A stretch of DNA of 63,428 bases, the filler included. It is 6 parts of 6 records of this genome, joined end to end, with 100 filler letters (N's around TTAATTAATTAA, not from the genome) between each part and the next. Parts side by side here need not be neighbours in the genome. Positions count along the whole stretch, not along the records: positions 12,578 to 30,392 come from DRR723986_2357; 5 more parts are not named here. One strand, given 5' to 3'. Below are positions 18,543 through 28,849 of the stretch, in pieces (the first letter of the stretch is position 1; each line of letters begins with the position of its first letter). Below the pieces are notes generated by a model. The model searched no databases. It saw only the letters and a program-made list of their open reading frames with translations, and was not told the origin of the DNA. The translations under genes and the position numbers were made by a program.

Positions 18543-20143
18543 GCTTGCTGCAGATCGACAAGCTAAGCCTGGCGATTGGCGGCGTGCAGATCTTGCATGA
18601 TGTCTCGCTGCGCCTGGAGGCGGGGCAAATTCTGGGGGTGATTGGCGAAAGCGGCTCGGGCAAATCGATGACGGCATTTGCTGTGACGCAGCTTTTGCCG
18701 GTGGGGGCCACATGCCGTGGCCGCGTGCTGCTGCAGGGCCAAGACGTGCTGGCCCAGACCGAGGCGCAGATGTGCCAGCTGCGCGGGCGCGTGGTGTCTA
18801 TGGTGTTTCAAGAGCCGATGACCGCGTTGAACCCGCTGCACCCCATCGGCCAGCAAGTGGCCGAAACCATTATGGTGCACGAAAATATCAGCGCCTCGGC
18901 CGCCATGGCGCGCGCGGCCGAGGCGCTGACCCGGGCCGAATTGCCGCCCGAGCGGTTTCCAATGGGGCGCTATCCGCACGAATTGTCAGGCGGTCAGCGC
19001 CAACGCGTGGTAATTGCCATGGCGATTGCGCTGCGCCCAAGCCTGCTGATCGCAGACGAGCCGACAACCGCCCTAGATGTTACCACCCAAGCCGAGATTT
19101 TGGCCTTGCTGCGGCGCTTGGTGCAAGAAGATGGGATGGGGCTGATGCTGATCAGCCATGATCTGGCGGTGGTGGCGGATATGGCCGACCAGATCGTGAT
19201 CATGCGCCAAGGCGAGGTGGTCGAAGAGGGGCCCGCGGCACAGCTGTTTTCTGGGCTGCGCCACCCCTATTCGCAGGCTTTGCTGGCGGCCTCGGGGCAT
19301 GTGCCTGCGCGCCCCCATCGTGGCCAGCTGGGCGCGCCGTTGCTAGAGGTGAAGGGCGCAACGCGCCGTTATGCCGGGCCGCGGCGGGGCTTGTGGGGGC
19401 GTGCCCCCGGGTTTGAGGCGGTGCGCGATGTCAGCTTTTGCCTGCATCGTGGTGAAAGCCTGGGCTTGGTGGGGGAATCGGGCTGTGGGAAATCTACGCT
19501 GACACGGGCGATTTTGGGCCTGGATGCGCTGCAATCTGGCAGCATTGCCTTTGATGGCCAGCCAGTTTGGGCGGGCGGGGCGCCGGCGCGGGCGGTGCGG
19601 CGGCGCATGCAGGTGGTGTTTCAAGATCCATACGGCAGCTTCAACCCGCGGTGGAAAGTGGCGCGGCTGGTGGCCGAGCCGTTTCACCTGCTCGATCAGC
19701 CGCCAACCGGGGCTGCGCGCCGCGCTGCGGTGAACGAGGCGCTGCACAGCGTTGGCCTGACCGCGGCGGATGGCGATAAATATATTCACGAATTCAGCGG
19801 CGGGCAGCGCCAGCGGATTGCCATTGCACGGGCGCTGATCATCAAACCTGATCTGATCATTCTAGACGAGGCTGTATCGGCGCTGGATGTATCGGTGCGC
19901 GCACAGGTGCTTGATTTGCTGGCCGATCTTTCGGGCCGCTTTGGCCTCAGCTATCTGTTCATCAGCCACGATCTGGGGGTTGTGCGCGCCGTCACCGACC
20001 GGGTGTTGGTGATGCGCGCGGGCCAGATCATCGAGGAAGGCCCCACCGAGCAGGTGTTTGCCAGCCCCACCCATCCCTATACAAAAGAGCTGATCGCAGC
20101 CGCCCCTGTGCTGCCTGCCCATGCAAAGGAAATTGCCCAATGA
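18539..20143 (+). CDS. ABC ATP-binding protein, fused DppD/F
   Basis: Two Walker A motifs ([16 protein letters not shown]) and two SGGQRQR signatures. Confidence 0.94.
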   Translation: MSLLQIDKLSLAIGGVQILHDVSLRLEAGQILGVIGESGSGKSMTAFAVTQLLPVGATCRGRVLLQGQDVLAQTEAQMCQLRGRVVSMVFQEPMTALNPLHPIGQQVAETIMVHENISASAAMARAAEALTRAELPPERFPMGRYPHELSGGQRQRVVIAMAIALRPSLLIADEPTTALDVTTQAEILALLRRLVQEDGMGLMLISHDLAVVADMADQIVIMRQGEVVEEGPAAQLFSGLRHPYSQALLAASGHVPARPHRGQLGAPLLEVKGATRRYAGPRRGLWGRAPGFEAVRDVSFCLHRGESLGLVGESGCGKSTLTRAILGLDALQSGSIAFDGQPVWAGGAPARAVRRRMQVVFQDPYGSFNPRWKVARLVAEPFHLLDQPPTGAARRAAVNEALHSVGLTAADGDKYIHEFSGGQRQRIAIARALIIKPDLIILDEAVSALDVSVRAQVLDLLADLSGRFGLSYLFISHDLGVVRAVTDRVLVMRAGQIIEEGPTEQVFASPTHPYTKELIAAAPVLPAHAKEIAQ

Positions 20144-21594
20144 CCAGCGAATTGCAGCTATGGTTTGACCCTTCGAAATGCCTGATTGCGGGCGAATGGG
20201 TGGCGCCTGTGGGTGGGCAGGTTTTGCCCTTGATCGACCCATCCACAGGCCAGGATATTGGCGCGATCGCACGCGGCCAAGAGGCCGATATCGCCGCCGC
20301 TGTAGCAGCAGCCGAGGCAGCGCGCCACGGCCCTTGGGGGCGGCTATCGGCGGCCGAGCGGGGGCGCATTTTGCTGAAGCTGTCGCGCATGGTGGCCGCG
20401 CGCGCCGATGATCTGGCGCGGATCGAGGCGATAGATGTGGGCAAGCCGCTGAAACAGGCGCGTGCCGATGCCGTGGCTTTGGCGCGCTACTGCGAATTTT
20501 ATGGTGGTGCGGCGGATAAGCTGCATGGCCAAACCATTCCCTATATGGATGGCTACACCGTATATACCCTGCGCGAACCCCATGGGGTGACGGGCCATAT
20601 CGTGCCATGGAATTACCCGATGCAAATTATCGGGCGCTCGGTAGGGGCGGCGTTGGCGGCGGGCAATACTTGCGTGTTAAAGCCGGCCGAAGATGCCTGC
20701 CTGACGGCCCTGGCCTTTGCCGATATGGCCAAGGCTGCGGGCCTGCCCGATGGGGTGCTGAATGTGGTGCCGGGCCTTGGTGCCGAGGCGGGGGCGGCCC
20801 TGTGTGCCCATCCCGGTGTGCATCACATCAGCTTTACCGGCTCGGTGCAGACGGGCGTGCAGGTGCAAATGGCGGCGGCGCGCAATGTGGTGCCGGTGAC
20901 GCTGGAACTGGGGGGGAAATCGCCCCAGGTGGTGTTTGATGATGCCGATCTGGATGCCGCTTTGCCGTTTTTGGTGAATGCGGGCATTCAGAATGCGGGC
21001 CAAACCTGTTCGGCCTCGTCGCGCATTTTGGTGCAGCGCGGGGTCTATGAGCGTGTGGTCGCGGCGATGGCCGCGCGCTATCAGGGGTTGCAGGTGGGCA
21101 GCGCCTTGGCCGATCTGGATGTGGGGCCGCTGATCTCGCGCAGGCAGCAGGCCATTGTCAGCGGGTTTCTGGACCAGGGCCAAGATCTGCAGATCGTCGG
21201 CCAAGGCCAGCTGGTCAATGCCCCCAATGGTGGCAATTTCGTGCGCCCAACGCTGTTTGCCGGGGTGGCCCCCAGCCATGCCTTGGCGCGCGACGAAATT
21301 TTTGGCCCCGTTCAGGTGGTGATACCGTTTGACGACGAAGACGAGGCCTTGGCCATCGCCAATGGCACCGATTACGGGCTGGTCGCCAGCATCTGGAGCC
21401 GCGATGGCGCCCGCCAGATGCGGCTGGCGCGCAAAATTCGCGCGGGCCAGGTGTTTATCAACAATTACGGCGCAGGCGGCGGGGTAGAACTGCCCTTTGG
21501 CGGCATGGGCAAATCTGGCCATGGCCGCGAAAAAGGCTTTGAGGCGCTATACGGCTTTAGCGTTCTAAAAACCGTGGCCGCCTATCACGGCTAA
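20140..21594 (+). CDS. aldehyde dehydrogenase
   Basis: PWNYP, FTGS, LELGGKSP, GQTCSA, EIFGPV. Confidence 0.95.
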   Translation: MTSELQLWFDPSKCLIAGEWVAPVGGQVLPLIDPSTGQDIGAIARGQEADIAAAVAAAEAARHGPWGRLSAAERGRILLKLSRMVAARADDLARIEAIDVGKPLKQARADAVALARYCEFYGGAADKLHGQTIPYMDGYTVYTLREPHGVTGHIVPWNYPMQIIGRSVGAALAAGNTCVLKPAEDACLTALAFADMAKAAGLPDGVLNVVPGLGAEAGAALCAHPGVHHISFTGSVQTGVQVQMAAARNVVPVTLELGGKSPQVVFDDADLDAALPFLVNAGIQNAGQTCSASSRILVQRGVYERVVAAMAARYQGLQVGSALADLDVGPLISRRQQAIVSGFLDQGQDLQIVGQGQLVNAPNGGNFVRPTLFAGVAPSHALARDEIFGPVQVVIPFDDEDEALAIANGTDYGLVASIWSRDGARQMRLARKIRAGQVFINNYGAGGGVELPFGGMGKSGHGREKGFEALYGFSVLKTVAAYHG

Positions 21595-21620
21595 ACGCAA
21601 CACAACGCAGCGAGGACAAG

Positions 21621-22364
21621 ATGAGACTGACAGGGAAAACAGCCATTGTAACCGGGGGTGCCAGCGGTTTTGGGGCGGGCATTGTGCGCAAATTCGTGGC
21701 CGAAGGCGCCCGGGTGATGGTGGCCGATATCAACGAGGCCGCGGCCATCGATCTGGCCCAAGATGCGGGCCACGATACCCTGGCCTGCGGCTGCGACGTG
21801 GCCAATGGCGCCAGCGTGGGCGCCATGGCCGCCCGCGCCATCGCGGAAATGGGCGGCGTTGATATTTTGGTCAATAACGCCGGCATCACCCATTTGCCAA
21901 AGCCCATGGAAACCGTGACCGAGGAAGAATTTGACCGGGTTTTCATGGTAAACTGCAAATCTGTCTATCTAACGGCACAGGCGCTGGTGGGCCATATGAA
22001 GAGCCGGGGCGGCGCCATTTTGAATGTGGCCTCAACCGCCGGGCTTAGCCCGCGGCCCAACCTGAACTGGTACAACGCCTCGAAAGGGTGGATGATTACA
22101 GCCACCAAAACCATGGCGGTGGAACTGGCCCCACATGGGCTGCGGGTAAATGCGCTGTGCCCGGTGGCCGGTGAAACCCCGCTGCTGGCCAGTTTCATGG
22201 GCGAAGACACGCCAGAGATGCGCGCCAAATTTCTGTCAACCATTCCCTTGGGCCGCTTTTCGACGCCCCAAGATATGGGCAATGCCGCGTGTTTTCTATG
22301 CTCGGACGAGGCCAGCATGCTGACAGGTGTCGCCATGGAGGTGGATGGCGGGCGCTGTATCTGA
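21621..22364 (+). CDS. SDR oxidoreductase
   Basis: TGGASGFG, NNAG, YNASK. Confidence 0.93.
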   Translation: MRLTGKTAIVTGGASGFGAGIVRKFVAEGARVMVADINEAAAIDLAQDAGHDTLACGCDVANGASVGAMAARAIAEMGGVDILVNNAGITHLPKPMETVTEEEFDRVFMVNCKSVYLTAQALVGHMKSRGGAILNVASTAGLSPRPNLNWYNASKGWMITATKTMAVELAPHGLRVNALCPVAGETPLLASFMGEDTPEMRAKFLSTIPLGRFSTPQDMGNAACFLCSDEASMLTGVAMEVDGGRCI

Positions 22365-23324
22365 TCAGGCGGGGGCCAGCATCTGGCCGTCGCCTTCGGT
22401 GGCGGTGGTGGTGGTGCGCCCGCGGGCAATCACCAGATATCCTGCCAATGCCTGCCCACGGTCGTGGCGCAGCACGGTTGGCTCTAGGGTGGTGATGGCA
22501 AGCCCGGCCTGTGCCAACAACCGCTGCACATACTCGCGGCTGTGGGCATAGCGGCGCGAGGGTTGCAGCACGAAATCGGGTGCGCCGGGGCCTGCGGCCT
22601 CGACCGTAAAGGCCAAAAGCCCGGTGTGATCCAGATGTGCAGCGGCCCAGCCGACCACCTGTTCCAGCGCGCCCAGATAGATAAACACATCGGCAGCCAA
22701 GATCAGGTTATAGCGCTGCATGCACAGCGGCAGGGCGGTGATATCGGCCTTTTCCAGCTGGTCGTAAATGCCCTTGGCGCGTGCTTGGCGCAGCATGCCG
22801 GCCGACAGGTCTACCCCGCTGAGCTGCCCTGTATGGGGGCGAATGGCCTGCCCCATCAGCCCGGTGCCGCAGCCCAGGTCAAGAACATGCGGGAAATGGC
22901 TGTGGCCTGCGCGCAGCAGCGCGTCGCGCAGCAATTCTGGCACGCGGTAGCCCAGTTTTTCAACCAAGGCCTGATCAAAGCGGGGGGCGTATTGATCAAA
23001 CAGGCTTTCCACAAAGGCGCGCGGCATGGTGTCGGCCATCGGCACGCGGCGCAAAAGATCCAGCTGCAGCCCCGCACCCATGTGATCTAACGGATCAAGC
23101 CGCAGCGCTGTTTGATAGGCGGCAATCGCGGCATCGGTGTGTTGGGCCTGGGCGTGATAATCGCCCAGCTTGGCCCAGCCGGCAGCCCATGCCGGGGCCA
23201 GCTCTAGCGCGTCGGCCATAAGGGTGGCGGCGCCCGTGTAATCGCCCTCGCCCGCCAGCATAGTGGCGTAATCTGCGCGCTTGTCTGCGCGCAGGTCACC
23301 GGATGAGAAATCAAGTTTGACCAT
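22365..23324 (-). CDS. TPR + SAM-dependent methyltransferase
   Basis: N-terminal TPR-like helices; LFDQYAPRFD; VLDLGCGTG. Confidence 0.88.
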   Translation of the reverse strand: MVKLDFSSGDLRADKRADYATMLAGEGDYTGAATLMADALELAPAWAAGWAKLGDYHAQAQHTDAAIAAYQTALRLDPLDHMGAGLQLDLLRRVPMADTMPRAFVESLFDQYAPRFDQALVEKLGYRVPELLRDALLRAGHSHFPHVLDLGCGTGLMGQAIRPHTGQLSGVDLSAGMLRQARAKGIYDQLEKADITALPLCMQRYNLILAADVFIYLGALEQVVGWAAAHLDHTGLLAFTVEAAGPGAPDFVLQPSRRYAHSREYVQRLLAQAGLAITTLEPTVLRHDRGQALAGYLVIARGRTTTTATEGDGQMLAPA

Positions 23325-23551
23325 GGTATAAACTGTCGAAAAGGGCACTGTAGCACCGCGCCGGTGGGCGGGGTGCACGGCGGCCCGGCCCCTGCCAAGA
23401 TCAGCAATTGGGCTTGGTTTTGCCTTTCGTCAAGGGGGCGCGTGATGGCGCATGACAAAAAGCGGCGCTGGGCGCGGGCGCGGGCCACGATCTTGCACAT
23501 TCAGCGCGCCTGTGTATGGGATGCGCCAAGGCAGGACGCGGAGGGAATGTC

Positions 23552-24730
23552 ATGCGTAAGGGGCTGGTTTTGCTGTGCTTGGCCTATGTGTTAAGCCAGT
23601 TCTTTCGGGCATTTCTGGCGGTGCTGACGCAGCTGCTGCAAGACGATATCGGCGCCACGGCCGATGATCTGGCCTTTGCCTCGGGGATGTTGTTTTTAAG
23701 CTTTGCCGCCATGCAAATTCCCGTGGGCGAGGCGCTAGATCGCGTGGGCCCGCGCCTGACAGCGGCGGTGCTGCTGGCGGTGGGCGGTGGCGGTGGTGCC
23801 GCCCTATTTGCCATGGCCACAAGCCCGCTGCATATCGCGCTGGCCATGGCGCTGATCGGGGCGGGGTGTGCGCCGGTGCTGATGGCCAGCTACTATATTT
23901 TTGCCCGGGTTTACCCAGCGCGCATGTTTGCCACATTGGGCGCGGTGATGATCGGCGTGGGCTCGGTTGGCAATATCGCCAGCGCCTCGCCCTTTGGTTG
24001 GGTTGTGGCCAGCTTTGGCTGGCGCGAAACCCTGTGGTTGTTGTCTGGCTTGTCTGTGCTGGTGGCGCTGGGCCTGTGGCTGTGGGTGCAAGACCCGCCC
24101 AAAGTGGCCGGCAACCTGAAAGGCAGCGTGTTAGACGTGCTGAAAATTCGTGCCCTTTGGCCGATCTTGCCGCTGATCTTGGTCAGCTATGCGCCAGCCG
24201 CCGGTGTGCGTGGGCTGTGGGTGTCGCCCTTTCTGGGCGATGTTTATGGCGCGCCGGTGGCGGCCTTGGGCACCGCCACGTTGATTATGGGCGTGGCGAT
24301 GATTGTGGGCACTTTTGCCTATGGCCCGTTGGACCGGCTGTTTGGCACCCGCAAATGGGTGATCTTTGGGGGCAATGTGGTGGTGGTGCTGGCCTGTGGC
24401 CTGCTGGCGGCGCGCCCAGGCTTGGGCTATGGCGCGGCGGTGGCGCTATGCGCGGTGATTGGCATGTTCGGGCTGACCTTTCCGGTGATCATGGCCCATG
24501 GGCGCAGCTTTATTCCTGCCCATCTGACCGGCCGGGGGGTGACGTTGATGAACCTCTTTTCCATCGGCGGTGTTGGCTTGATGCAGGTTTTCACCGGGCG
24601 CCTGCATGCCGCCAGTGCTGCGGCATCTGTTGATGTGGCCTTTCCCTATCAGATGCTGTTTGGCTTTTTCGCTGTGGTGTTGGGGGCGGGTATGGTGGTG
24701 TATCTTTTCGCCCAAGACCGGCTTGATTAA
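23552..24730 (+). CDS. MFS transporter
   Basis: About 12 TM segments; GEALDRVGPR motif A. Confidence 0.9.
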   Translation: MRKGLVLLCLAYVLSQFFRAFLAVLTQLLQDDIGATADDLAFASGMLFLSFAAMQIPVGEALDRVGPRLTAAVLLAVGGGGGAALFAMATSPLHIALAMALIGAGCAPVLMASYYIFARVYPARMFATLGAVMIGVGSVGNIASASPFGWVVASFGWRETLWLLSGLSVLVALGLWLWVQDPPKVAGNLKGSVLDVLKIRALWPILPLILVSYAPAAGVRGLWVSPFLGDVYGAPVAALGTATLIMGVAMIVGTFAYGPLDRLFGTRKWVIFGGNVVVVLACGLLAARPGLGYGAAVALCAVIGMFGLTFPVIMAHGRSFIPAHLTGRGVTLMNLFSIGGVGLMQVFTGRLHAASAAASVDVAFPYQMLFGFFAVVLGAGMVVYLFAQDRLD

Positions 24731-24828
24731 GCGCCATTTCCGGGGGTGGCCGGGCAGGGGGCAAAACAGCCTATTCCCCTTAACGCCTGCGCACTGTATG
24801 AACCGCGCCGAAACCAAGGAGAACCGAC

Positions 24829-25851
24829 ATGGGTTACAACGTCGTCGTCGTCGGTGCCACGGGTAACGTGGGCCGTGAAATGCTGAACATTCTGGCGGAA
24901 CGCGAGTTCCCCGTAGAAAAGATTGCCGCGCTGGCCAGCCGTAGATCGCTGGGCACCGAGGTAAGCTTTGGCGACAAAACCCTGACAACCCAAGATCTGG
25001 ATCAGTTCGATTTTTCGGGCTGGGATATGGCGCTGTTTGCGGTGGGGTCTGAGGCCACGAAAACCTATGCGCCCAAGGCCGCTGCTGCAGGCTGTGTGGT
25101 GATCGATAACAGCTCGCTCTACCGCTACGACCCGGATATCCCGCTGATCGTGCCCGAGGTAAACCCCCAGGCGGTGCATGGCTATGCCAAAAAGAACATC
25201 ATCGCCAACCCAAACTGTTCGACTGCACAGATGGTTGTGGCGCTTAAGCCCTTGCATGATCGTGCAAAAATCAAACGCGTTGTGGTGTCTACCTATCAAT
25301 CGGTGTCGGGCGCCGGCAAAGAGGGCATGGACGAGCTGTGGGATCAAACCAAGGCTGTCTATAACCCCACCTCCGAGGTGCCGCCGAAGAAATTCCAAAA
25401 GCAGATCGCCTTTAACCTGATCCCGCAGATCGATGTGTTTATGGAAGACGGCAACACCAAAGAAGAATGGAAGATGGTGGCCGAGACCAAGAAAATTCTC
25501 GACCCCGCCATCAAACTTACCGCCACCTGCGTGCGCGTGCCGGTCTTTGTGGGCCATTCCGAGGCGCTGAATATCGAGTTTGAAGATTTCCTGGACGAAG
25601 ACGAGGCGCGCGACATCTTGCGCGAATCACCCGGCCTTATGGTGATCGACAAGCGCGAGCCGGGTGGCTACGTAACCCCGGTGGAATGCGTGGGCGAATA
25701 TGCCACCTTCATCAGCCGTATTCGCCAAGACAGCACGCTTGAAAACGGGCTGAACCTGTGGTGCGTGTCCGATAACCTGCGCAAGGGTGCTGCACTAAAC
25801 GCTGTGCAGATAGCCGAATTGCTGGGCCGCGAAGTGCTGAAAAAGGGCTAA
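24829..25851 (+). CDS. asd: aspartate-semialdehyde dehydrogenase
   Basis: VVGATGNVG, ANPNCST, STYQSVSGAG, DNLRKGAALN. Confidence 0.97.
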   Translation: MGYNVVVVGATGNVGREMLNILAEREFPVEKIAALASRRSLGTEVSFGDKTLTTQDLDQFDFSGWDMALFAVGSEATKTYAPKAAAAGCVVIDNSSLYRYDPDIPLIVPEVNPQAVHGYAKKNIIANPNCSTAQMVVALKPLHDRAKIKRVVVSTYQSVSGAGKEGMDELWDQTKAVYNPTSEVPPKKFQKQIAFNLIPQIDVFMEDGNTKEEWKMVAETKKILDPAIKLTATCVRVPVFVGHSEALNIEFEDFLDEDEARDILRESPGLMVIDKREPGGYVTPVECVGEYATFISRIRQDSTLENGLNLWCVSDNLRKGAALNAVQIAELLGREVLKKG

Positions 25852-25882
25852 GCTGCGCCGAACATAGCTGTTTTAGCCGATC

Positions 25883-25909
25883 AGGGCCGCCCCTTGGGTG
25901 GCCCTTTTT
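25883..25909 (+). terminator. asd intrinsic terminator
   Basis: AGGGCCGCCC/GGGTGGCCCT stem then TTTT. Confidence 0.7.
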
Positions 25910-26029
25910 CGTGGCTGGGATATCGCCTTATCCAACCGGGTATGCGCCATCGCCGACTGGCCCGGAAAATACCCGCGCGCGCGCAAGCATTGGCTGATCT
26001 GTCTTGCTATCCACAACCCAAGGGCACTG

Positions 26030-26175
26030 CGCCCCATCAAACACCGGTCGGCCCCCTCTCTCACACACCCCACACACACCCGTGGGGCCGGCCGGTGAAG
26101 AAACGCTGTTTGCAGCAAAAAAAGTCATACACACACCTAAAGGCGCTCTGCGATGCAGGGCGCCTTTTGTTTTTT
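26030..26175 (+). ncRNA. candidate small RNA (ends approximate)
   Basis: 14-bp stem 26042-26097 with CA-rich loop; second stem 26139-26167 followed by TGTTTTTT; the single mismatch in each stem is a G.U pair only on the + strand. Confidence 0.4.
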
Positions 26176-26192
26176 GCTGTCTGCGCTGGGCA

Positions 26193-26843
26193 CTAGACGC
26201 GGGCAAAACCGTTTGTGCTGGGGTCGAAAAATTCTAGCGATCCCTCGCCGATATCTGTCCACAGCCCATGCAAAGACAGCTTGCCGCTTTGCACGGATTC
26301 GGCAACAAAAGGAAAGGTCATCAGGTTGTGCAGGCTGACGATCACTGCCTGTTTTTCCAAAGCCGCGCGTTGCTCGGCATCGCTGCCCTGGCCTTTGACC
26401 GCCTCAAAGCCCGGGCGCAGAATATCCATCCAGCGGCCAACAAAGCTTGATTTCTCCTCAAGCTCTGGCGCGTGGCCTGTGCACATATCAAAACACCCCT
26501 GCACGCCGCCGCAATTGGAATGGCCCAGCACGATCACATGCGCCACTTTCAGCGCGTTCACCGCATATTCCACCGCAGCCGAGGTGCCATGCTGCAGCCC
26601 GTCGGGTTTGTAGGCAGGCACCAGATTGGCGATGTTGCGGTGAATAAAAAACTCGCCCTGATCCGCCCCAAAGATCGAGGTTACATGCACCCGGCTGTCG
26701 CAGCATGATATCACCATGGCACGGGGGTGCTGGCCGCTTTCGGCCAAACGGCGATACCAGCTTTGGTTCTCTTCATAGGTGGTTGCCTTCCAGCCTTGAT
26801 AACGTTGAACCAGATAGCTGGGTAATGGCTTGGCATGCTCCAT
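26193..26843 (-). CDS. beta-class carbonic anhydrase
   Basis: CCDSRV, RNIANLV, GHSNCGG zinc motifs. Confidence 0.95.
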   Translation of the reverse strand: MEHAKPLPSYLVQRYQGWKATTYEENQSWYRRLAESGQHPRAMVISCCDSRVHVTSIFGADQGEFFIHRNIANLVPAYKPDGLQHGTSAAVEYAVNALKVAHVIVLGHSNCGGVQGCFDMCTGHAPELEEKSSFVGRWMDILRPGFEAVKGQGSDAEQRAALEKQAVIVSLHNLMTFPFVAESVQSGKLSLHGLWTDIGEGSLEFFDPSTNGFARV

Positions 26844-26981
26844 CGAAGAAACTCCTTGGTGGTCTGCGCAGCCTAATAGACGGAATTCGATTAGAATTCG
26901 AGAAGAAACGCCGCCCGGCATAAACCTTTTAGAAGGCAGGTTGCCCGATGGTTGGGGCGTGGGAAAATTAAATTGGGTGGC

Positions 26982-27365
26982 ATGGTGGAACATGTGACAC
27001 ATCTGGCACAGCCAGAACCTGTAAAGCTGGATCATGCCCGCTTGGGCGCGCTTTATAGCGAATTGGGCGCCGAACAGGCTGATGATTTGGTTTGTCGCGC
27101 GCTGGAAGAATTGGCGCTGCGTTTGGCGCAATTGGGCCACGCCTACCGCGAGGGGCGCAATAAAGATCTGCAAAAAGGCGCACGGTTGTTGGCGGCCATC
27201 GCCGATCAGCTGGGCATGTCTACAACGGCACAGGTGGCGCGCGATGTGACGCGCTGTATGGACATGGCCGATCCTGTGGCGCTGGCGGCGGTGGTGGCGC
27301 GGCTGTTGCGCAGCGGCGAACGCTCGCTTTTGGCGGTGTGGGATGTAGATGTGACGCCGCCCTGA
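26982..27365 (+). CDS. conserved hypothetical protein, Hpt-like helical bundle
   Basis: LGALYSELG...ALEELALRL...ADQLGM pattern typical of a Rhodobacterales gene between carbonic anhydrase and the aminopeptidase; the canonical Hpt His is not evident. Confidence 0.6.
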   Translation: MVEHVTHLAQPEPVKLDHARLGALYSELGAEQADDLVCRALEELALRLAQLGHAYREGRNKDLQKGARLLAAIADQLGMSTTAQVARDVTRCMDMADPVALAAVVARLLRSGERSLLAVWDVDVTPP

Positions 27366-27430
27366 TACCCCCTTGCAGGCGCAGGTGAACAGCTTAGGCT
27401 AAGCGCTGCATATACCGGAGCTTGCCTGCC

Positions 27431-28849
27431 ATGACCCTTGCCATGACCCTTGCCAAACCATCGGCCACCGTGCCCGTTTTTGACACCGATCCTACAGATG
27501 CCGTGCCGCTGTATCTGTTGGAACCCAATGCCGTGGCCGAATGGCTGGCCGCGCGCCCCGATGCGCAGCAGGCATGGGCCCGGGCGCATGGGTTTCAGGG
27601 CGATTTGGGCCAAGTTGTGGTGCTGCCTGGCGCCGATGGCCGCCCCGCTGTGGCGCTGGTGGGCTATGGCACAGCCAAGGGGCGGGCAAAGGGGCGGTTT
27701 CATCTGGCCGCAGCGGTGGGGCAGCTGCCTGCCGGCACCTATCGCCTGCAGGCCGATCTGCCCCCCGAGGCGCTAGAGATCGAGGCGATGGGCTGGTTGC
27801 TGGCCAATTACCGCTTTGATCGCTATCGCAGCCAAACCGCCCCGCGCGCAGGGCTGCTGGTGCCCGATGGGGTGGATGGCGCACGCGTGCAGGCCATGGT
27901 GGCCGCCGAATGCCTGACCCGCGATTTAATCAACACGCCGGCCAGCGATATGGGCCCAGATGAATTGCAGCAAGCCATGGCTGATCTGGCCGCCCAGCAT
28001 GGTGCCAGCGTCACCGCCATTGTTGGCGAGGCGCTGCTGGCTGAAAACTTTCCCATGATTCACGCCGTTGGCCGGGCAAGCCCGCGGGCGCCACGGCTGC
28101 TGGATATGCGCTGGGGCAGCACAGGCCCTGCGCTGACACTGGTGGGCAAGGGGGTGTGTTTCGACACTGGCGGGCTGGATCTAAAGCCCGCCGCCTCGAT
28201 GGGGTTGATGAAAAAGGATATGGGCGGTGCGGCCACGGTGCTGGGGCTGGCGCATATGATCATGGCGCTGGGGCTGCCCCTGCGGTTGCGGGTGCTGATC
28301 CCGGCGGTGGAAAACGCGGTTTCGGGCAATGCGTTTCGCCCCCAAGATATTTTAACCGCGCGCAATGGCACCACGGTCGAGGTAAACAACACCGATGCCG
28401 AGGGGCGTTTGGTTTTGGCCGATGCCCTGGCCTATGGCGCCGAAGACAGCCCCGATCTGATGATCTCGATGGCCACGCTGACGGGCGCTGCCCGGGTGGC
28501 ACTGGGCCCCGATCTGGCGCCATATTTCACCGATGACAGCGCGCTTGCCGCCGCGATCGAGGCCGCCAGCCCCGCCATGGCCGATCCGGTTTGGCGCCTG
28601 CCGTTCTGGCCCCCGTATGAAAACATGATCCGCCCCGCGATTGCCGATCTTGATAATGCGCCCTCGGGGGGCTTTGCCGGTGCGATCACTGCGGCGCTGT
28701 TTCTGCGCGATTTCGTGGGCCAAACCCGCTATGCGCATTTTGATATTTACGGCTGGCAGCCCACCGCCGCACCCGCCCGCCCCAAGGGGGGTGTGGGCCA
28801 GGGTGCGCGCGCGGTGCTGCAGGCGCTACCACAGGTTTTGCCATTATGA
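27431..28849 (+). CDS. M17 leucyl aminopeptidase family protein
   Basis: VGKGVCFDTGG, MKKDMGGAA, NTDAEGRL. Confidence 0.95.
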   Translation: MTLAMTLAKPSATVPVFDTDPTDAVPLYLLEPNAVAEWLAARPDAQQAWARAHGFQGDLGQVVVLPGADGRPAVALVGYGTAKGRAKGRFHLAAAVGQLPAGTYRLQADLPPEALEIEAMGWLLANYRFDRYRSQTAPRAGLLVPDGVDGARVQAMVAAECLTRDLINTPASDMGPDELQQAMADLAAQHGASVTAIVGEALLAENFPMIHAVGRASPRAPRLLDMRWGSTGPALTLVGKGVCFDTGGLDLKPAASMGLMKKDMGGAATVLGLAHMIMALGLPLRLRVLIPAVENAVSGNAFRPQDILTARNGTTVEVNNTDAEGRLVLADALAYGAEDSPDLMISMATLTGAARVALGPDLAPYFTDDSALAAAIEAASPAMADPVWRLPFWPPYENMIRPAIADLDNAPSGGFAGAITAALFLRDFVGQTRYAHFDIYGWQPTAAPARPKGGVGQGARAVLQALPQVLPL

